Shown one piece after another: positions 52,080-61,867 of a stretch of 64,000 nt of DNA (positions within the stretch are counted from its first letter, which is position 1; each line of letters starts with the position of its first letter). The notes below the pieces were generated by a model. That model was not told where the DNA came from and searched no databases. It saw only the letters and a list, made by a program, of their open reading frames with translations. The position numbers were made by a program, and so were the translations under genes. This DNA comes from Candidatus Vogelbacteria bacterium (lineage in GTDB: Bacteria; Patescibacteriota; Minisyncoccia; Phycocordibacterales; XYD1-FULL-46-19): assembly GCA_016188295.1 (NCBI GenBank), contig JACPIA010000004.1:42478-106477 (forward strand), read 5' to 3'.

Positions 52080-53060
52080 ATGGATGAGCTTGAACGCTTT
52101 CGCGGCAATCCTCGCACCGCGTATTTGGTGGCTGAGTATGATCGGTTAAAGGTCAAAATTAATGAGCTGGAAACAATCGCCTCCACTGAGGAGGCGATGC
52201 AATTATTAGCCCAAGCAGAAATAGATTCACTTAAGGAACAACAAAGACATTTGTTAATATTACTGGAAGAGATTATCGCTAAAGAGGTCAAGGAAGAGGA
52301 GGAGGAGGAGGAGGTGAAAGAGATTATTATGGAGATCCGAGCTGGTGCCGGCGGTGAGGAGTCGGCTTTGTTCGCCGCTAAGTTAGCGGCCATGTATGAG
52401 CGCTATGCCTTAACGCGTGGTTGGCAATTTACTATTATTGATGTCTCTAAGAGCGAGCTTGGCGGTTATAAAGAGGCGATGTTTGAGATTTTGGGCCGAG
52501 GTGTTTTTGATGATCTTAAATTTGAGCAAGGGGTGCATCGGATTCAGCGTGTTCCTCCGACCGAGAAACAGGGTCGCGTTCATACTTCCACCGCTTCAGT
52601 AGCTATTTTACCCGTGCGTCAATTCAGTAAAATCATTTTAAATCCATCAGATTTGGAAATCACTTTTTCGCGCTCGGGCGGGGCGGGCGGGCAAAATGTT
52701 AACAAAGTAGAGACGGCGGTTCGTATCCTCCATAAACCCACGGGGCTAGTGGTGCGTTCGCAAAGCGAGCGTTTTCAAGCGCGGAATAAAGAAAAAGCCT
52801 TAGAAATTTTACAGGCTAAATTAGCGGTAGTTCAAGAAGAAACCGAGGCCAAAAATTTATCAGTGGAACGTAAAAGTCAAATTGGTACTGGCGACCGCTC
52901 GGAGAAAATCCGGACCTATAATGTGCTCCAAGATCGGGTAACCGACCACCGGGTCAAAGAGTCTTGGCATGGCATCGAGACGATTTTTGAGGGTCAAATC
53001 GACCGAATCATCCAAGCCTTTAAAAATATGGAGGTTGTGGATAACAATCCAACCTCTTGA
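52080..53060 (+). CDS. prfA: peptide chain release factor 1 with poly-Glu insertion
   Basis: PxT motif ([14 protein letters not shown]), GGQ ([11 protein letters not shown]); (GAG)n-encoded EEEEEEE at about 52300-52320. Confidence 0.85.
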   Translation: MDELERFRGNPRTAYLVAEYDRLKVKINELETIASTEEAMQLLAQAEIDSLKEQQRHLLILLEEIIAKEVKEEEEEEEVKEIIMEIRAGAGGEESALFAAKLAAMYERYALTRGWQFTIIDVSKSELGGYKEAMFEILGRGVFDDLKFEQGVHRIQRVPPTEKQGRVHTSTASVAILPVRQFSKIILNPSDLEITFSRSGGAGGQNVNKVETAVRILHKPTGLVVRSQSERFQARNKEKALEILQAKLAVVQEETEAKNLSVERKSQIGTGDRSEKIRTYNVLQDRVTDHRVKESWHGIETIFEGQIDRIIQAFKNMEVVDNNPTS

Positions 53061-53088
53061 TCAACTGTCGTGCTACTATAAAAGTACT

Positions 53089-54693
53089 ATGTGGCGGTTT
53101 ATCTTGGTCGGCAGTGTATTTTTAATATTAATCGGTGGTTTTTTTATTAATACGGCCGTTGCCGCGCCACTTGATCTATCGGGTTGGGCTTGGAGTTCTA
53201 ATATTGGTTGGATTAGTTTTAATTCAGCCAATAGTCCTGGTGGCTCACCGCAGGGCTTTAAGGTCCAATTACTTGATGTCGATGCTAACGGTAATCGGCC
53301 ATTAGTCGGCTATGCTTGGAGCTCTAATATTGGTTGGATTAAATTTGATTCCTTTTTAAGTGGTCCGACGATTGCTGCAAATGACTCCCCGTTTCCGGCG
53401 AGATTGACTAATACTGGTTTGATTACTGGTTGGACTCGAGCATGTAGCATTTTATCGACTAACTGTAGTGGAGTGATGATTGCGAATACTAGCCGGGGTG
53501 GTTGGGATGGTTGGATTAAAATGAGCGGTATCAATCCTAATTATGGCGCTAATATTAACCTCCAAACCGGTATTGGTAGTGGTATGGCCTGGGGGTCTGA
53601 TATCGTTGGTTGGATTGATTTTAGTAGGGTTAGACTCGGAGTTTTGCCAGTGCCAGGCGTTACTTTAGTCGCCAATCCGACATCAGTTAATCTAAATAAC
53701 ACCACTCAATTAACTTGGACCGCTACTAATGTCAGTAGTTGCTTGGCTAGTGGTGGTTGGAGTGGTGTTAAGTCAATTGCCGGTGGCGTTGAGACTAGTG
53801 TTCCATTAATTACTAATACCACGTTTAGTATCTCTTGCGTACCGACTGCCGGTGGGCCCAATGTTACTGCTAGCGCTAACGTGACAGTCACTACGCCGGG
53901 TAATGGTTGTGACGATCCTGATGGTTGTCCACCTGATGGCGGCGATAATAAGACTTTAACTGTCAAGGTAATCGGGGATAGTACTATCAGTGGTAAAGCA
54001 TCCGGTAGTTTTGGGGAATGTACTAGTGCTCAAAGTCAATGTTCTTTTAACATAAGAACTAATACTTCGATATCGATTGCGGCCATTATCACCTCTAATT
54101 TCACACCTGAAGCCACAATTACCTGGTCTGGTAATAAGCCAAGTTCTTGTACTTTTGCTCTAGGGGTAAATCGATCAGATTGTACTGGTATCCTGATGGA
54201 TCGAGACCGCACGATTATCATAAACTTTAATGACGATGATGTATTGGAATCAGCCGAATTAACGGTTAGTTATGATTCATTAACCCGCAAAATTAAAGCT
54301 ACTGGTATTAATGTCGGTTCCACTAATCCCCAAAGTGAGTTTAGAAGTACTATCGCTAAAGTACTGTTTAGTAGTAGTGGGGTTACAGAGGTTAGTTTAA
54401 ATTATGATGCTGGCTCATTGACCGACATCAGTGATCGTCATCTATGTTCACCGGTGAATGGTAAGTTTGATCGGGGTGTTATCAACTCTGGACAGACAGC
54501 TCAATTCCAAGTTATTTTCCTAGACCGTTGTTCGGCCACCCCAACTACTAACTCGTACTACAGTATCGATAATACTAATGGCGACTTCCCGATCTATGTT
54601 ATAGCTAATTGGAATGATTCTGCTGGCAATCCCCAATATCGAGCGGTGACCATCCCACTGCAATATACCGAAAATATTACTAATCAGCCCTAA
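53089..54693 (+). CDS. secreted protein with four Trp-rich G-W-x-W-S-x-N-I-G-W-I-x-F-type repeats followed by Ig-like and Cys-containing domains
   Basis: signal peptide MWRFILVGSVFLILIGGFFINTAVA; repeats GWAWSSNIGWISFNS / GYAWSSNIGWIKFDS / GGWDGWIKMSG / AWGSDIVGWIDFS; start chosen at internal Met after prfA stop. Confidence 0.65.
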   Translation: MWRFILVGSVFLILIGGFFINTAVAAPLDLSGWAWSSNIGWISFNSANSPGGSPQGFKVQLLDVDANGNRPLVGYAWSSNIGWIKFDSFLSGPTIAANDSPFPARLTNTGLITGWTRACSILSTNCSGVMIANTSRGGWDGWIKMSGINPNYGANINLQTGIGSGMAWGSDIVGWIDFSRVRLGVLPVPGVTLVANPTSVNLNNTTQLTWTATNVSSCLASGGWSGVKSIAGGVETSVPLITNTTFSISCVPTAGGPNVTASANVTVTTPGNGCDDPDGCPPDGGDNKTLTVKVIGDSTISGKASGSFGECTSAQSQCSFNIRTNTSISIAAIITSNFTPEATITWSGNKPSSCTFALGVNRSDCTGILMDRDRTIIINFNDDDVLESAELTVSYDSLTRKIKATGINVGSTNPQSEFRSTIAKVLFSSSGVTEVSLNYDAGSLTDISDRHLCSPVNGKFDRGVINSGQTAQFQVIFLDRCSATPTTNSYYSIDNTNGDFPIYVIANWNDSAGNPQYRAVTIPLQYTENITNQP

Positions 54694-54735
54694 ATTTGGT
54701 TGCGAGCGGTCTGGCTCCGTGTTAGACTAGCCCCT

Positions 54736-55503
54736 ATGTCTACTGATACCCCTAAAACCGAGAGTGCACCCGTGATTAAAGAGTTGGCCAGACTCGGGGC
54801 TCATTTTAGTTACTCGCGCCGCAGCCGGCATCCTTCAACTAAGCGCTTTATTTTTGGTTTCCGTAATCGGGCTTCCATCATCGATCTTCACAAAACAGCT
54901 ACAGCTTTAGATGAAGCTAAAGTTTTGATTAGAGAATTAGTCAGTAAGGGTAAGATGGTGATGATGGTTGGTACCAAATCTGAAGCCCGCGAGGCAGTGG
55001 CCCAAGTTGCTGAATCGGTGAACCAACCTTATGTTAACGAGCGTTGGTTGGGTGGTACTTTGACTAACTTTAAACAAATGCGCAAGCGGATTGATCGTTT
55101 GGCCGAACTTAAAGATAAGGGCGCTAAAGGTGAGCTCTCGGTCTATACTAAAAAAGAGCGATCTTTGATTGCTAAAGAGGTTGCAGACTTAGAGCGTTAT
55201 TTTGGTTCGCTTAGCTCAATGACTGGTATTCCAGGCGCTTTAATTGTAGTTGATCCTAAAGATGAGGCTATTGCCGTGGCTGAAGCGCACCAACTTAATA
55301 TTCCAGTGATTGCCTTGTGTGGCTCAGATTGTAATCTTTCGCTGGTTACCCACCCTGTGATGGTTAATGATAATAACAAAGCGACTATTAGTTTTATACT
55401 TAAAGATTTAGCCGCGGCCTATATTGAGGGTAAAGCCCTAGCGGTTAAAGCCGCGGCCGAGGCAGCCACAGTTGCTCCAGCCGAAACAACTACCAATGCT
55501 TAA
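54736..55503 (+). CDS. rpsB: 30S ribosomal protein S2
   Basis: ELARLGAHFSYSRRSRHPSTKRFIFG... S2 signature; start chosen at MSTDTP. Confidence 0.9.
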   Translation: MSTDTPKTESAPVIKELARLGAHFSYSRRSRHPSTKRFIFGFRNRASIIDLHKTATALDEAKVLIRELVSKGKMVMMVGTKSEAREAVAQVAESVNQPYVNERWLGGTLTNFKQMRKRIDRLAELKDKGAKGELSVYTKKERSLIAKEVADLERYFGSLSSMTGIPGALIVVDPKDEAIAVAEAHQLNIPVIALCGSDCNLSLVTHPVMVNDNNKATISFILKDLAAAYIEGKALAVKAAAEAATVAPAETTTNA

Positions 55504-55951
55504 TACTGATCAAATTAAAGCTCTGCGCGAAGAGACCAGTATCTCGGTGGCCGAATGCAAAAAGGCGCTGGAAGAGGCGGGAGGTGATATGGACAAAGCG
55601 CGAGCCTTGTTACGGGAGCGGGGAGCAGTGATGGCTAGTAAAAAAGCTGATCGCGCTTTAGGTGCCGGCACCGTGGGCTCGTACCTCCACGCCAATGGCG
55701 CCATGGGAGCGTTAGTGGTGCTCCACTCTGAGACCGACTTTGTGGGTGGTAATCCGGAGTTTAAAGCTTTTGCCGCCGATTTAGCGATGCACGTGGCGGC
55801 AATGATGCCACCTAATCGTGAAGAATTTTTGGGACAACCCTTTGTTAAAGATCCGAGTCAAACCATTGACCAGTTGATCCAAGGGGCGGTCCAAAAGTTT
55901 GGTGAGCGAATTGAGATTGGTCAGTTTACTAGACTGGATTTGACCGTTTAA
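55496..55951 (+). CDS. tsf: elongation factor Ts, short (about 150 aa) form
   Basis: N-terminal UBA-like IKALREETSISVAECKKALEEAGGDMDKARALLRE; start chosen at MLNTDQ. Confidence 0.85.
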   Translation: MLNTDQIKALREETSISVAECKKALEEAGGDMDKARALLRERGAVMASKKADRALGAGTVGSYLHANGAMGALVVLHSETDFVGGNPEFKAFAADLAMHVAAMMPPNREEFLGQPFVKDPSQTIDQLIQGAVQKFGERIEIGQFTRLDLTV

Positions 55952-55975
55952 CTTGATTTAATCTTTTACATTTTT

Positions 55976-56371
55976 ATGTTATTTTTTACTTGGCTTTCAA
56001 TAACTGCTTTTGCCACCGTTAGCGTTTTGGTGTATAAGCAAGCTTGTGACTTGCGGGCGGGGGTTGTCTTAGTTGATAACTCCTACTCATTTGGTGGAGC
56101 CTTTGATCGTAAGGTGGATGATCTTGCGTTTTATTTAGCGGTATTTACTAAGGAATTTTTTCGTCGGACATTAATGCTTAGTTTGCTGGTGTTACGTCGA
56201 ATAATTGCTGAAGCTCGAGCCAGAGTAATCAAGGGGGAGAAGCGCTTTGCTCACTTTGTGGAGAGTTTACATGGGCGTCACTCGCTCCGCTCGCCCGAGT
56301 CCGTTTCCCATTTTTTGCGGGAGATCAAAGATCACGCTGATCAACTCAAAGCTAAAGCTCAAACCCGCTAG
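55976..56371 (+). CDS. hypothetical protein (131 aa)
   Basis: ORF only; no recognisable motif. Confidence 0.3.
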   Translation: MLFFTWLSITAFATVSVLVYKQACDLRAGVVLVDNSYSFGGAFDRKVDDLAFYLAVFTKEFFRRTLMLSLLVLRRIIAEARARVIKGEKRFAHFVESLHGRHSLRSPESVSHFLREIKDHADQLKAKAQTR

Positions 56372-56380
56372 TTATTGTCA

Positions 56381-56403
56381 AGGTCTCACCTTGACAATAG
56401 AAT
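56381..56403 (+). terminator. palindrome TTGTCAAGG-tctca-CCTTGACAA
   Basis: read directly; near-copy of 44296-44316 motif. Confidence 0.35.
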
Positions 56404-56405
56404 TT

Positions 56406-56478
56406 GCCGCTCTAGCTCAATTGGTAGAGCAACTGTTTTGTAAACAGTAGGTTGTCGGTTCGAGTCCGACGAGCGGCT
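56406..56478 (+). tRNA. tRNA-Thr (anticodon TGT)
   Basis: GCCGCTC...anticodon arm ACTGT-TTTGTAA-ACAGT...TTCGAGT...GAGCGGC-T. Confidence 0.85.
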
Positions 56479-56530
56479 CATTGGTAGCCCCGACGATCAG
56501 AATGTCGGGGTCCCGACCGAAGCGTCGGGA

Positions 56531-56567
56531 AGCAACTGTTTTGTAAACAGTAGGTTGTCGGTTCGAG
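56531..56567 (+). pseudogene. 37-nt partial duplicate of tRNA-Thr(TGT) (D-stem 3' side through T-loop), preceded by two CCCGAC/GTCGGG hairpins
   Basis: 100% identical to 56428-56464 by direct comparison. Confidence 0.7.
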
Positions 56568-56828
56568 CGAAGTCGCAAAACCTCGGCTAATTCTTTTTAA
56601 AATTCCTTATTTTTCAACAACGAGGCTTAGCCTCGTTGTGTTGAGCCTCGAAGCGAGTCGGATAAATTTTTTCTTAGGTTCATATAACCACTCCAGTTTT
56701 GTAGAAAAAGATACAGGATCTCTCTTTTCACTTGATTTTTTTGGCATTTCTTGTAATGTGATTTTGGCATCAAGCTCGACAATTGGGCTTAAATCGTACA
56801 TTTCTAACCAAAGAAGGAGGACGGTTGT

Positions 56829-57788
56829 ATGAATATTCGAAGTTTCCGACAAATGCTGGAGAATCAATGGTCTCGCGGTAACTTTGTCTGCGTCGGGCTC
56901 GACAGCGAGTTTGGTAAGATTCCTGAGTCCGAGCACATAAGAGGTAACAATTACGGTGTAAATATTGCCAGAACCATCGCCGCGTTCAATCGTGCAATCG
57001 TGAAAGCGACGGGGGGCTTCGTGTGTGCTTACAAGCTGAACACTGCGTTCTACGAGGCGAATGGCGACGAGGGTATCGGTGCTTTGCAACGAACCATCGC
57101 GGATATCCACGCCATCGCGCCGGACGTTCCGGTGATTCTCGACGCGAAGCGTGCAGACATCGGCAACACCAACGCTGGTTATGTGGATGCGGCGTTCGGC
57201 TTCCTGCGTGCGGATGCGATCACAGTGCATCCGTATCTCGGAGCCGAAGCGCTTCAGCCATTTCTCGCGCGAGCGGAGAAGGGCATAATCGTGCTTTGCC
57301 ACACATCCAATCCGGGCGCGGGCGAGTTTCAAGACCGAGAAGTCGTATTGACCTTTGATGAACTTTCCACAGTTGTCGGTGATGCCGATCTGGCCAATTA
57401 TCTGATTGGGGAGATGGGTTGGAGCTATCCGACTGGCGGTTATCGGATACCAATGTACCAGTATGTAGCGCTTCGTGTATCGCGACATTGGAACAGAAGT
57501 GACAACTGCGCGGTCGTTGTCGGCGCCACGTATCCGGAAAAACTTCGGGCGGTACGCCGTATTGTCGGTGATATACCGATTCTCATTCCCGGTATCGGCG
57601 CGCAAGGTGGCGACGTGGAGAAAATTGTCTCCGCGGGCAAGAACAACTGCGGACAGGGCATGATCATCAACTCCTCGCGTGGTATTATCTTTGCTTCACA
57701 AGGAGCGGACTTCGCAAAAGCGGCTCGTCGCGAGACGGAAAGACTCCACGATTCCATTATCCGGTGTCTTAATCACACCGGTAATTAG
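56829..57788 (+). CDS. pyrF: orotidine 5'-phosphate decarboxylase, type 2; strongly GC-rich relative to flanks
   Basis: AAGGAGG RBS; FVCVGLDSEFG, VILDAKRADIGNTNAGY (DxKxxDIxxT), IPGIGAQGG; close to mycobacterial-type PyrF recalled from memory; GC by eye high-50s percent vs about 40% flanks. Confidence 0.85.
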   Translation: MNIRSFRQMLENQWSRGNFVCVGLDSEFGKIPESEHIRGNNYGVNIARTIAAFNRAIVKATGGFVCAYKLNTAFYEANGDEGIGALQRTIADIHAIAPDVPVILDAKRADIGNTNAGYVDAAFGFLRADAITVHPYLGAEALQPFLARAEKGIIVLCHTSNPGAGEFQDREVVLTFDELSTVVGDADLANYLIGEMGWSYPTGGYRIPMYQYVALRVSRHWNRSDNCAVVVGATYPEKLRAVRRIVGDIPILIPGIGAQGGDVEKIVSAGKNNCGQGMIINSSRGIIFASQGADFAKAARRETERLHDSIIRCLNHTGN

Positions 57789-57800
57789 TGATAATGTCGA

Positions 57801-57836
57801 CTGGTTCGCTGTTTATAGCGAACCAGTTTTCTTTTT
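57801..57836 (+). terminator. intrinsic terminator (CTGGTTCGC-tgtttata-GCGAACCAG + TTTTCTTTTT)
   Basis: read directly after pyrF stop. Confidence 0.6.
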
Positions 57837-57880
57837 ACCAGGAAACCCTACTCGGAAAGGGCCTATCCAAAGCCACTCGA

Positions 57881-59008
57881 CTATCTTATTTCCGCTTGGA
57901 ATTGCGTTTTAGTCTCCGTTTCGATTTTTTGGTGGAGGGGGTCGATTTCGTCCGTGGTTAAAGTCCGTTCCGTCGAGCGGTAAATGATGCGATAAGTGTA
58001 ACTGATTTTATCGGCGCCAAACTTGGCCACATTTTCGTATTTGTCGAGTAAAGTCACTTCCTCAATTAAATTACCACCAATATCGCGGATTAAATCAAAA
58101 TAATTATTTGGCACAAAAGTATTAGGCACAATAAACGAGATATCTCGCGTAACGCTTGGATATTTAGATACTTCTTTAAATTTATTACCAAGTTTTAACT
58201 GACGCTTAACGCGTTCATCGTTAGACCACAAAAGACGAATATCCGGCAATTCCATACTAATAATCGCCAAACGTTCAAGACCAAAACCAAAGGCCCAACC
58301 GTTATAGCTGGTAACGTCCATATTGGCTAGGACGGATTTACGGACCATACCACCGCCTAAAATTTCCACCCATTTGCCATCAACTTCTACCTCCGCCTCC
58401 AGTGATGGATCAGTGTAGGGGAAGGTATCTGGATTAAACCGATATTTAATCTCGGGGCCAAAAATACTTTTAATAATCTCAGACAAAGCGTTTTTTAAAT
58501 CTTCGATAGTTAATGTTTTCTCACTATCTGGTACTAAATACCAACCACCCATTTGGTGAAAGATGTTCATGTGGCGACGATCGATCTCATCTTTACGATA
58601 CACTTTACCGTAACAAAGAGTACCGAGAGGTTCTTGATTGGCAATTCTTATTTTTATTTGGGGTTCGTTTAAATAGTAATACCAAAAGACGGTATCGTGG
58701 GTACGCAGAATATTTTTATCATCTACATAATAAGTATCACTCTTAGAGCGAGCCGGATGGTCCGGAGCAAAATTAAATAAATCAAAACTGACGCTCGCCG
58801 GCACGATTTCTGGGATATCAATGACATCAAAATCAGCTAAAATTGGTACAGCTTTAACGCGTTTTACCATCTCTTCTAATGGACTACCTAAAGTACGAGA
58901 AAGATCGGGCATCGTCAAGTAACGTTCAATTCGCCGAGCCTCGGTGTCAGTCCGGGCCAGCAAAATATCTCGTAATTTGTTTTCTCTGTGATTAATCTTA
59001 ATTTCCAT
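57881..59008 (-). CDS. pheS: phenylalanine--tRNA ligase alpha subunit
   Basis: 375 aa; class II aaRS motifs (FRPS-like, GFGLERLAI). Confidence 0.9.
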   Translation of the reverse strand: MEIKINHRENKLRDILLARTDTEARRIERYLTMPDLSRTLGSPLEEMVKRVKAVPILADFDVIDIPEIVPASVSFDLFNFAPDHPARSKSDTYYVDDKNILRTHDTVFWYYYLNEPQIKIRIANQEPLGTLCYGKVYRKDEIDRRHMNIFHQMGGWYLVPDSEKTLTIEDLKNALSEIIKSIFGPEIKYRFNPDTFPYTDPSLEAEVEVDGKWVEILGGGMVRKSVLANMDVTSYNGWAFGFGLERLAIISMELPDIRLLWSNDERVKRQLKLGNKFKEVSKYPSVTRDISFIVPNTFVPNNYFDLIRDIGGNLIEEVTLLDKYENVAKFGADKISYTYRIIYRSTERTLTTDEIDPLHQKIETETKTQFQAEIR

Positions 59009-59063
59009 CAGTTATTTAAATCTAGCAAATTATTAGCCGATTTGCTATAATCAGACTATAAAT

Positions 59064-61118
59064 ATGGCTAAAACAAGCGCTAAGGCTGGCTCCTACGGGG
59101 CGGACGATATTCAAGTTTTGGAGGGTCTGGAACCAGTCCGCAAACGTCCCGGGATGTATATTGGTTCAACCGGGCCTGAAGGTCTCCAGCACTTATTGGT
59201 GGAGATTTTTGATAACTCCCGCGACGAGGCGATGAACGGTTTTGCTGACGAAATTGAGGTGGCTATTTTACCTGGTAATGCTGTGCGCGTGGTGGATAAT
59301 GGTCGCGGTATCCCAGTCGACGTCCATAAAAAGACCAAAGTCTCCACTTTAGAGACAGTGATGACCGTACTCCACGCGGGTGGTAAATTTGAAAACGAAG
59401 GTTATAAGATTTCTGGTGGTTTGCACGGAGTGGGTGCCTCGGTGGTCAATGCTCTATCTAGTTGGCTTAAAGTGATGGTCTATCGCGATGACGGTATTTA
59501 TATCCAAGAGTATAGACGTGGCAAAAAAGAGTACAACGTTAAAAAAGTCGGCTCCACCAAACAGACGGGGACGATTATCACTTTTCAGCCGGATGATACC
59601 ATTTTCTCAGAAACGATTTATGATTGGTCACGAGTGGTCAGTCAATTGCGAGGTCAAGCTTACTTGGTTAAAAAATTAAGAATTAGAGTAATTGATGCCC
59701 GTAATTACATCGGCAAAATTAAAGCGGATGAAGTATTTTATCTTAAAGAGCTTGATTTGCCGGTGTTATCTGAGACATTTTACTTTGAGGGGGGATTACT
59801 TTCATTGGTTAAATTTTATAATCAAAAACAAAAGCCTATTCAAAAAGAGATTTTTTATATCGAAAAGGAAACTAATAATATTATGGTGGAAGTGGCCCTG
59901 CAGTACATCGACGATATTACCGCCAAAGAGATTAGTTTTACCAATAATACCAACACCCCCGAAGGAGGGACACATTTAACCGGCTTCCGCACTGCGCTAA
60001 CGCGCACCCTTAATGACTATGCTCGTAAAAATAATTTACTTAAAGATAATGACGAGAACTTTACTGGCGATGATGTTCGCGAAGGTATTACCTCGGTAGT
60101 GTCGGTCAAATTGCGCGATCCCCAATTTGAGGGGCAGACTAAAGCTAAGCTTGGCTCGGTCGAGGCTCGCGGCGCGGTGGAGACCGTATTTGGCGAGGCC
60201 TTCACCTTTTTTTTAGAAGAGCATCCGGAGGACGCTCGGGCCATTATTGGTAAAGTAATTTTAGCGCTTAAGGCGCGTAAAGCGGCTAAAGCGGCCAAAG
60301 ATAGTGTGCTTCGTAAGGGAGCACTCGAGGGTATGACTTTGCCGGGTAAATTAGCTGACTGCCAAACGCGCAATATGGAGGAAGCAGAGCTATTTATTGT
60401 GGAAGGAGATTCGGCTGGTGGCTCGAGCAAGCAAGGGCGTGATCGTCGGACCCAAGCGGTGTTACCCCTTAAAGGCAAAATTTTAAACGTGGAGAAAGCA
60501 CGGCTAGATAAAATGCTTGACTCCAAAGAGGTTAAGTCTTTAGTAATTGCTTTAGGTACCGCCATTGGCGATGTGTTTGATATTTCTAAATTGCGCTATG
60601 GTAAAGTCATTATTGCCACTGATGCTGATGTTGATGGCGCTCATATTCGTACCTTGTTATTAACTTTATTTTACCGCTATTATCGACCGTTGATCGACAG
60701 TGCTCACATCTATATTGCGCAACCACCACTTTATAAAATCAAAAAAGGTAAAGACATTCGCTATGCTTACAGCGATCTTGAGAAAGATAATGTGATTAAA
60801 GAGCTGGGTGGCGAAGTAGTGACTGGTCAAGAGGCGTTAACTGGTAGTGATGAGGAGGCCGAGGATGAAGCCGAGAAGGAGACTAAAATCAAACGAGTAA
60901 CTAAAATCGCTATTCAGCGTTATAAAGGTCTGGGAGAGATGAATCCGGAGGAACTCTGGGAGACGACTATGGATCCGGCGCGCCGGATTTTAAAACAAGT
61001 TACTGTAGAAGAGGCGGAAGAGGCCGACAAAACTTTTGACATTTTAATGGGTAACGAGGTTGAGCCGCGCCGGATCTTTATTCAAACCCACGCCAAATTA
61101 GCTAATTTGGATATTTAA
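59064..61118 (+). CDS. gyrB: DNA gyrase subunit B (type IIA topoisomerase ATPase subunit)
   Basis: 684 aa; GHKL ATPase (EIFDNSRDEA), Toprim (EGDSAGG), PLKGKILNVE, C-terminal GyrB tail. Confidence 0.85.
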   Translation: MAKTSAKAGSYGADDIQVLEGLEPVRKRPGMYIGSTGPEGLQHLLVEIFDNSRDEAMNGFADEIEVAILPGNAVRVVDNGRGIPVDVHKKTKVSTLETVMTVLHAGGKFENEGYKISGGLHGVGASVVNALSSWLKVMVYRDDGIYIQEYRRGKKEYNVKKVGSTKQTGTIITFQPDDTIFSETIYDWSRVVSQLRGQAYLVKKLRIRVIDARNYIGKIKADEVFYLKELDLPVLSETFYFEGGLLSLVKFYNQKQKPIQKEIFYIEKETNNIMVEVALQYIDDITAKEISFTNNTNTPEGGTHLTGFRTALTRTLNDYARKNNLLKDNDENFTGDDVREGITSVVSVKLRDPQFEGQTKAKLGSVEARGAVETVFGEAFTFFLEEHPEDARAIIGKVILALKARKAAKAAKDSVLRKGALEGMTLPGKLADCQTRNMEEAELFIVEGDSAGGSSKQGRDRRTQAVLPLKGKILNVEKARLDKMLDSKEVKSLVIALGTAIGDVFDISKLRYGKVIIATDADVDGAHIRTLLLTLFYRYYRPLIDSAHIYIAQPPLYKIKKGKDIRYAYSDLEKDNVIKELGGEVVTGQEALTGSDEEAEDEAEKETKIKRVTKIAIQRYKGLGEMNPEELWETTMDPARRILKQVTVEEAEEADKTFDILMGNEVEPRRIFIQTHAKLANLDI

Positions 61119-61207
61119 ATTTTGTAGCAGACCTTAAATTAAAAGATTACACACTGATACAAGTGTACCGCTAATCCGCATATGCGGGCGAATGGTACAC
61201 TTGGTTT

Positions 61208-61756
61208 TTAGAATAGTTTAAAATGTAATTTTAATTTGGCTTCGTTGGTCGGTTTCAGTAATTCGGCATAATTAACGTAAGGCCGTAATTCAAAAAACTC
61301 AATCACAAACTCAACTTCTTTTTGGCAAGGATATGGATAGATAAAGGCCGATTTTTGCCATTCATAAAATCCAAGTTCTTTTAGCTTCTCCCGCAAGGCG
61401 TCTCGGCCTTTGTTATTTTTATTAGGAATGTCGTAAATAACTAATCGCCACTTTTTGTCCCAACGGAGAGGCTTGGGGATTTTTATTTTGTCTAAATCAA
61501 AAGAATGGGCAATTTTTTCTCCAGATTTAGTGAGAGTGATAGTGATTGTTCCGTCTTTGTGTTCCCTGTAATCAATTAATTTTTGATGGTGGAAGTCGCT
61601 AAGTGCTCTATAAAGAGCGTGTCGATTAATTTCTTGCCAAGCTTTAGTGGTCTGACGTAAGACTAAATAATATTGTTTAGGAGATCGAGTAAGTGATAAA
61701 ACGGTACCACTAGCCAACAGTAATAGTATTTTCTTTTTAGTATCACTTTTTAACAT
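61208..61756 (-). CDS. PaaX-like protein: N-terminal winged-helix + C-terminal Cas2/VapD-like domain
   Basis: C-terminal WRLVIYDIP..RDALREKLKELGFYEWQKSAFIYP matches Cas2-like fold pattern found in PaaX_C. Confidence 0.5.
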   Translation of the reverse strand: MLKSDTKKKILLLLASGTVLSLTRSPKQYYLVLRQTTKAWQEINRHALYRALSDFHHQKLIDYREHKDGTITITLTKSGEKIAHSFDLDKIKIPKPLRWDKKWRLVIYDIPNKNNKGRDALREKLKELGFYEWQKSAFIYPYPCQKEVEFVIEFFELRPYVNYAELLKPTNEAKLKLHFKLF

Positions 61757-61867
61757 TGGTTTTCAGTACCTTATATTTTCTCTATATTCTCTCAAGTATA
61801 CCAGATTTACATATATGCTGGGAAATGGAATACTTACTCTTTATTACTAATTACTTAAGCCTTATAT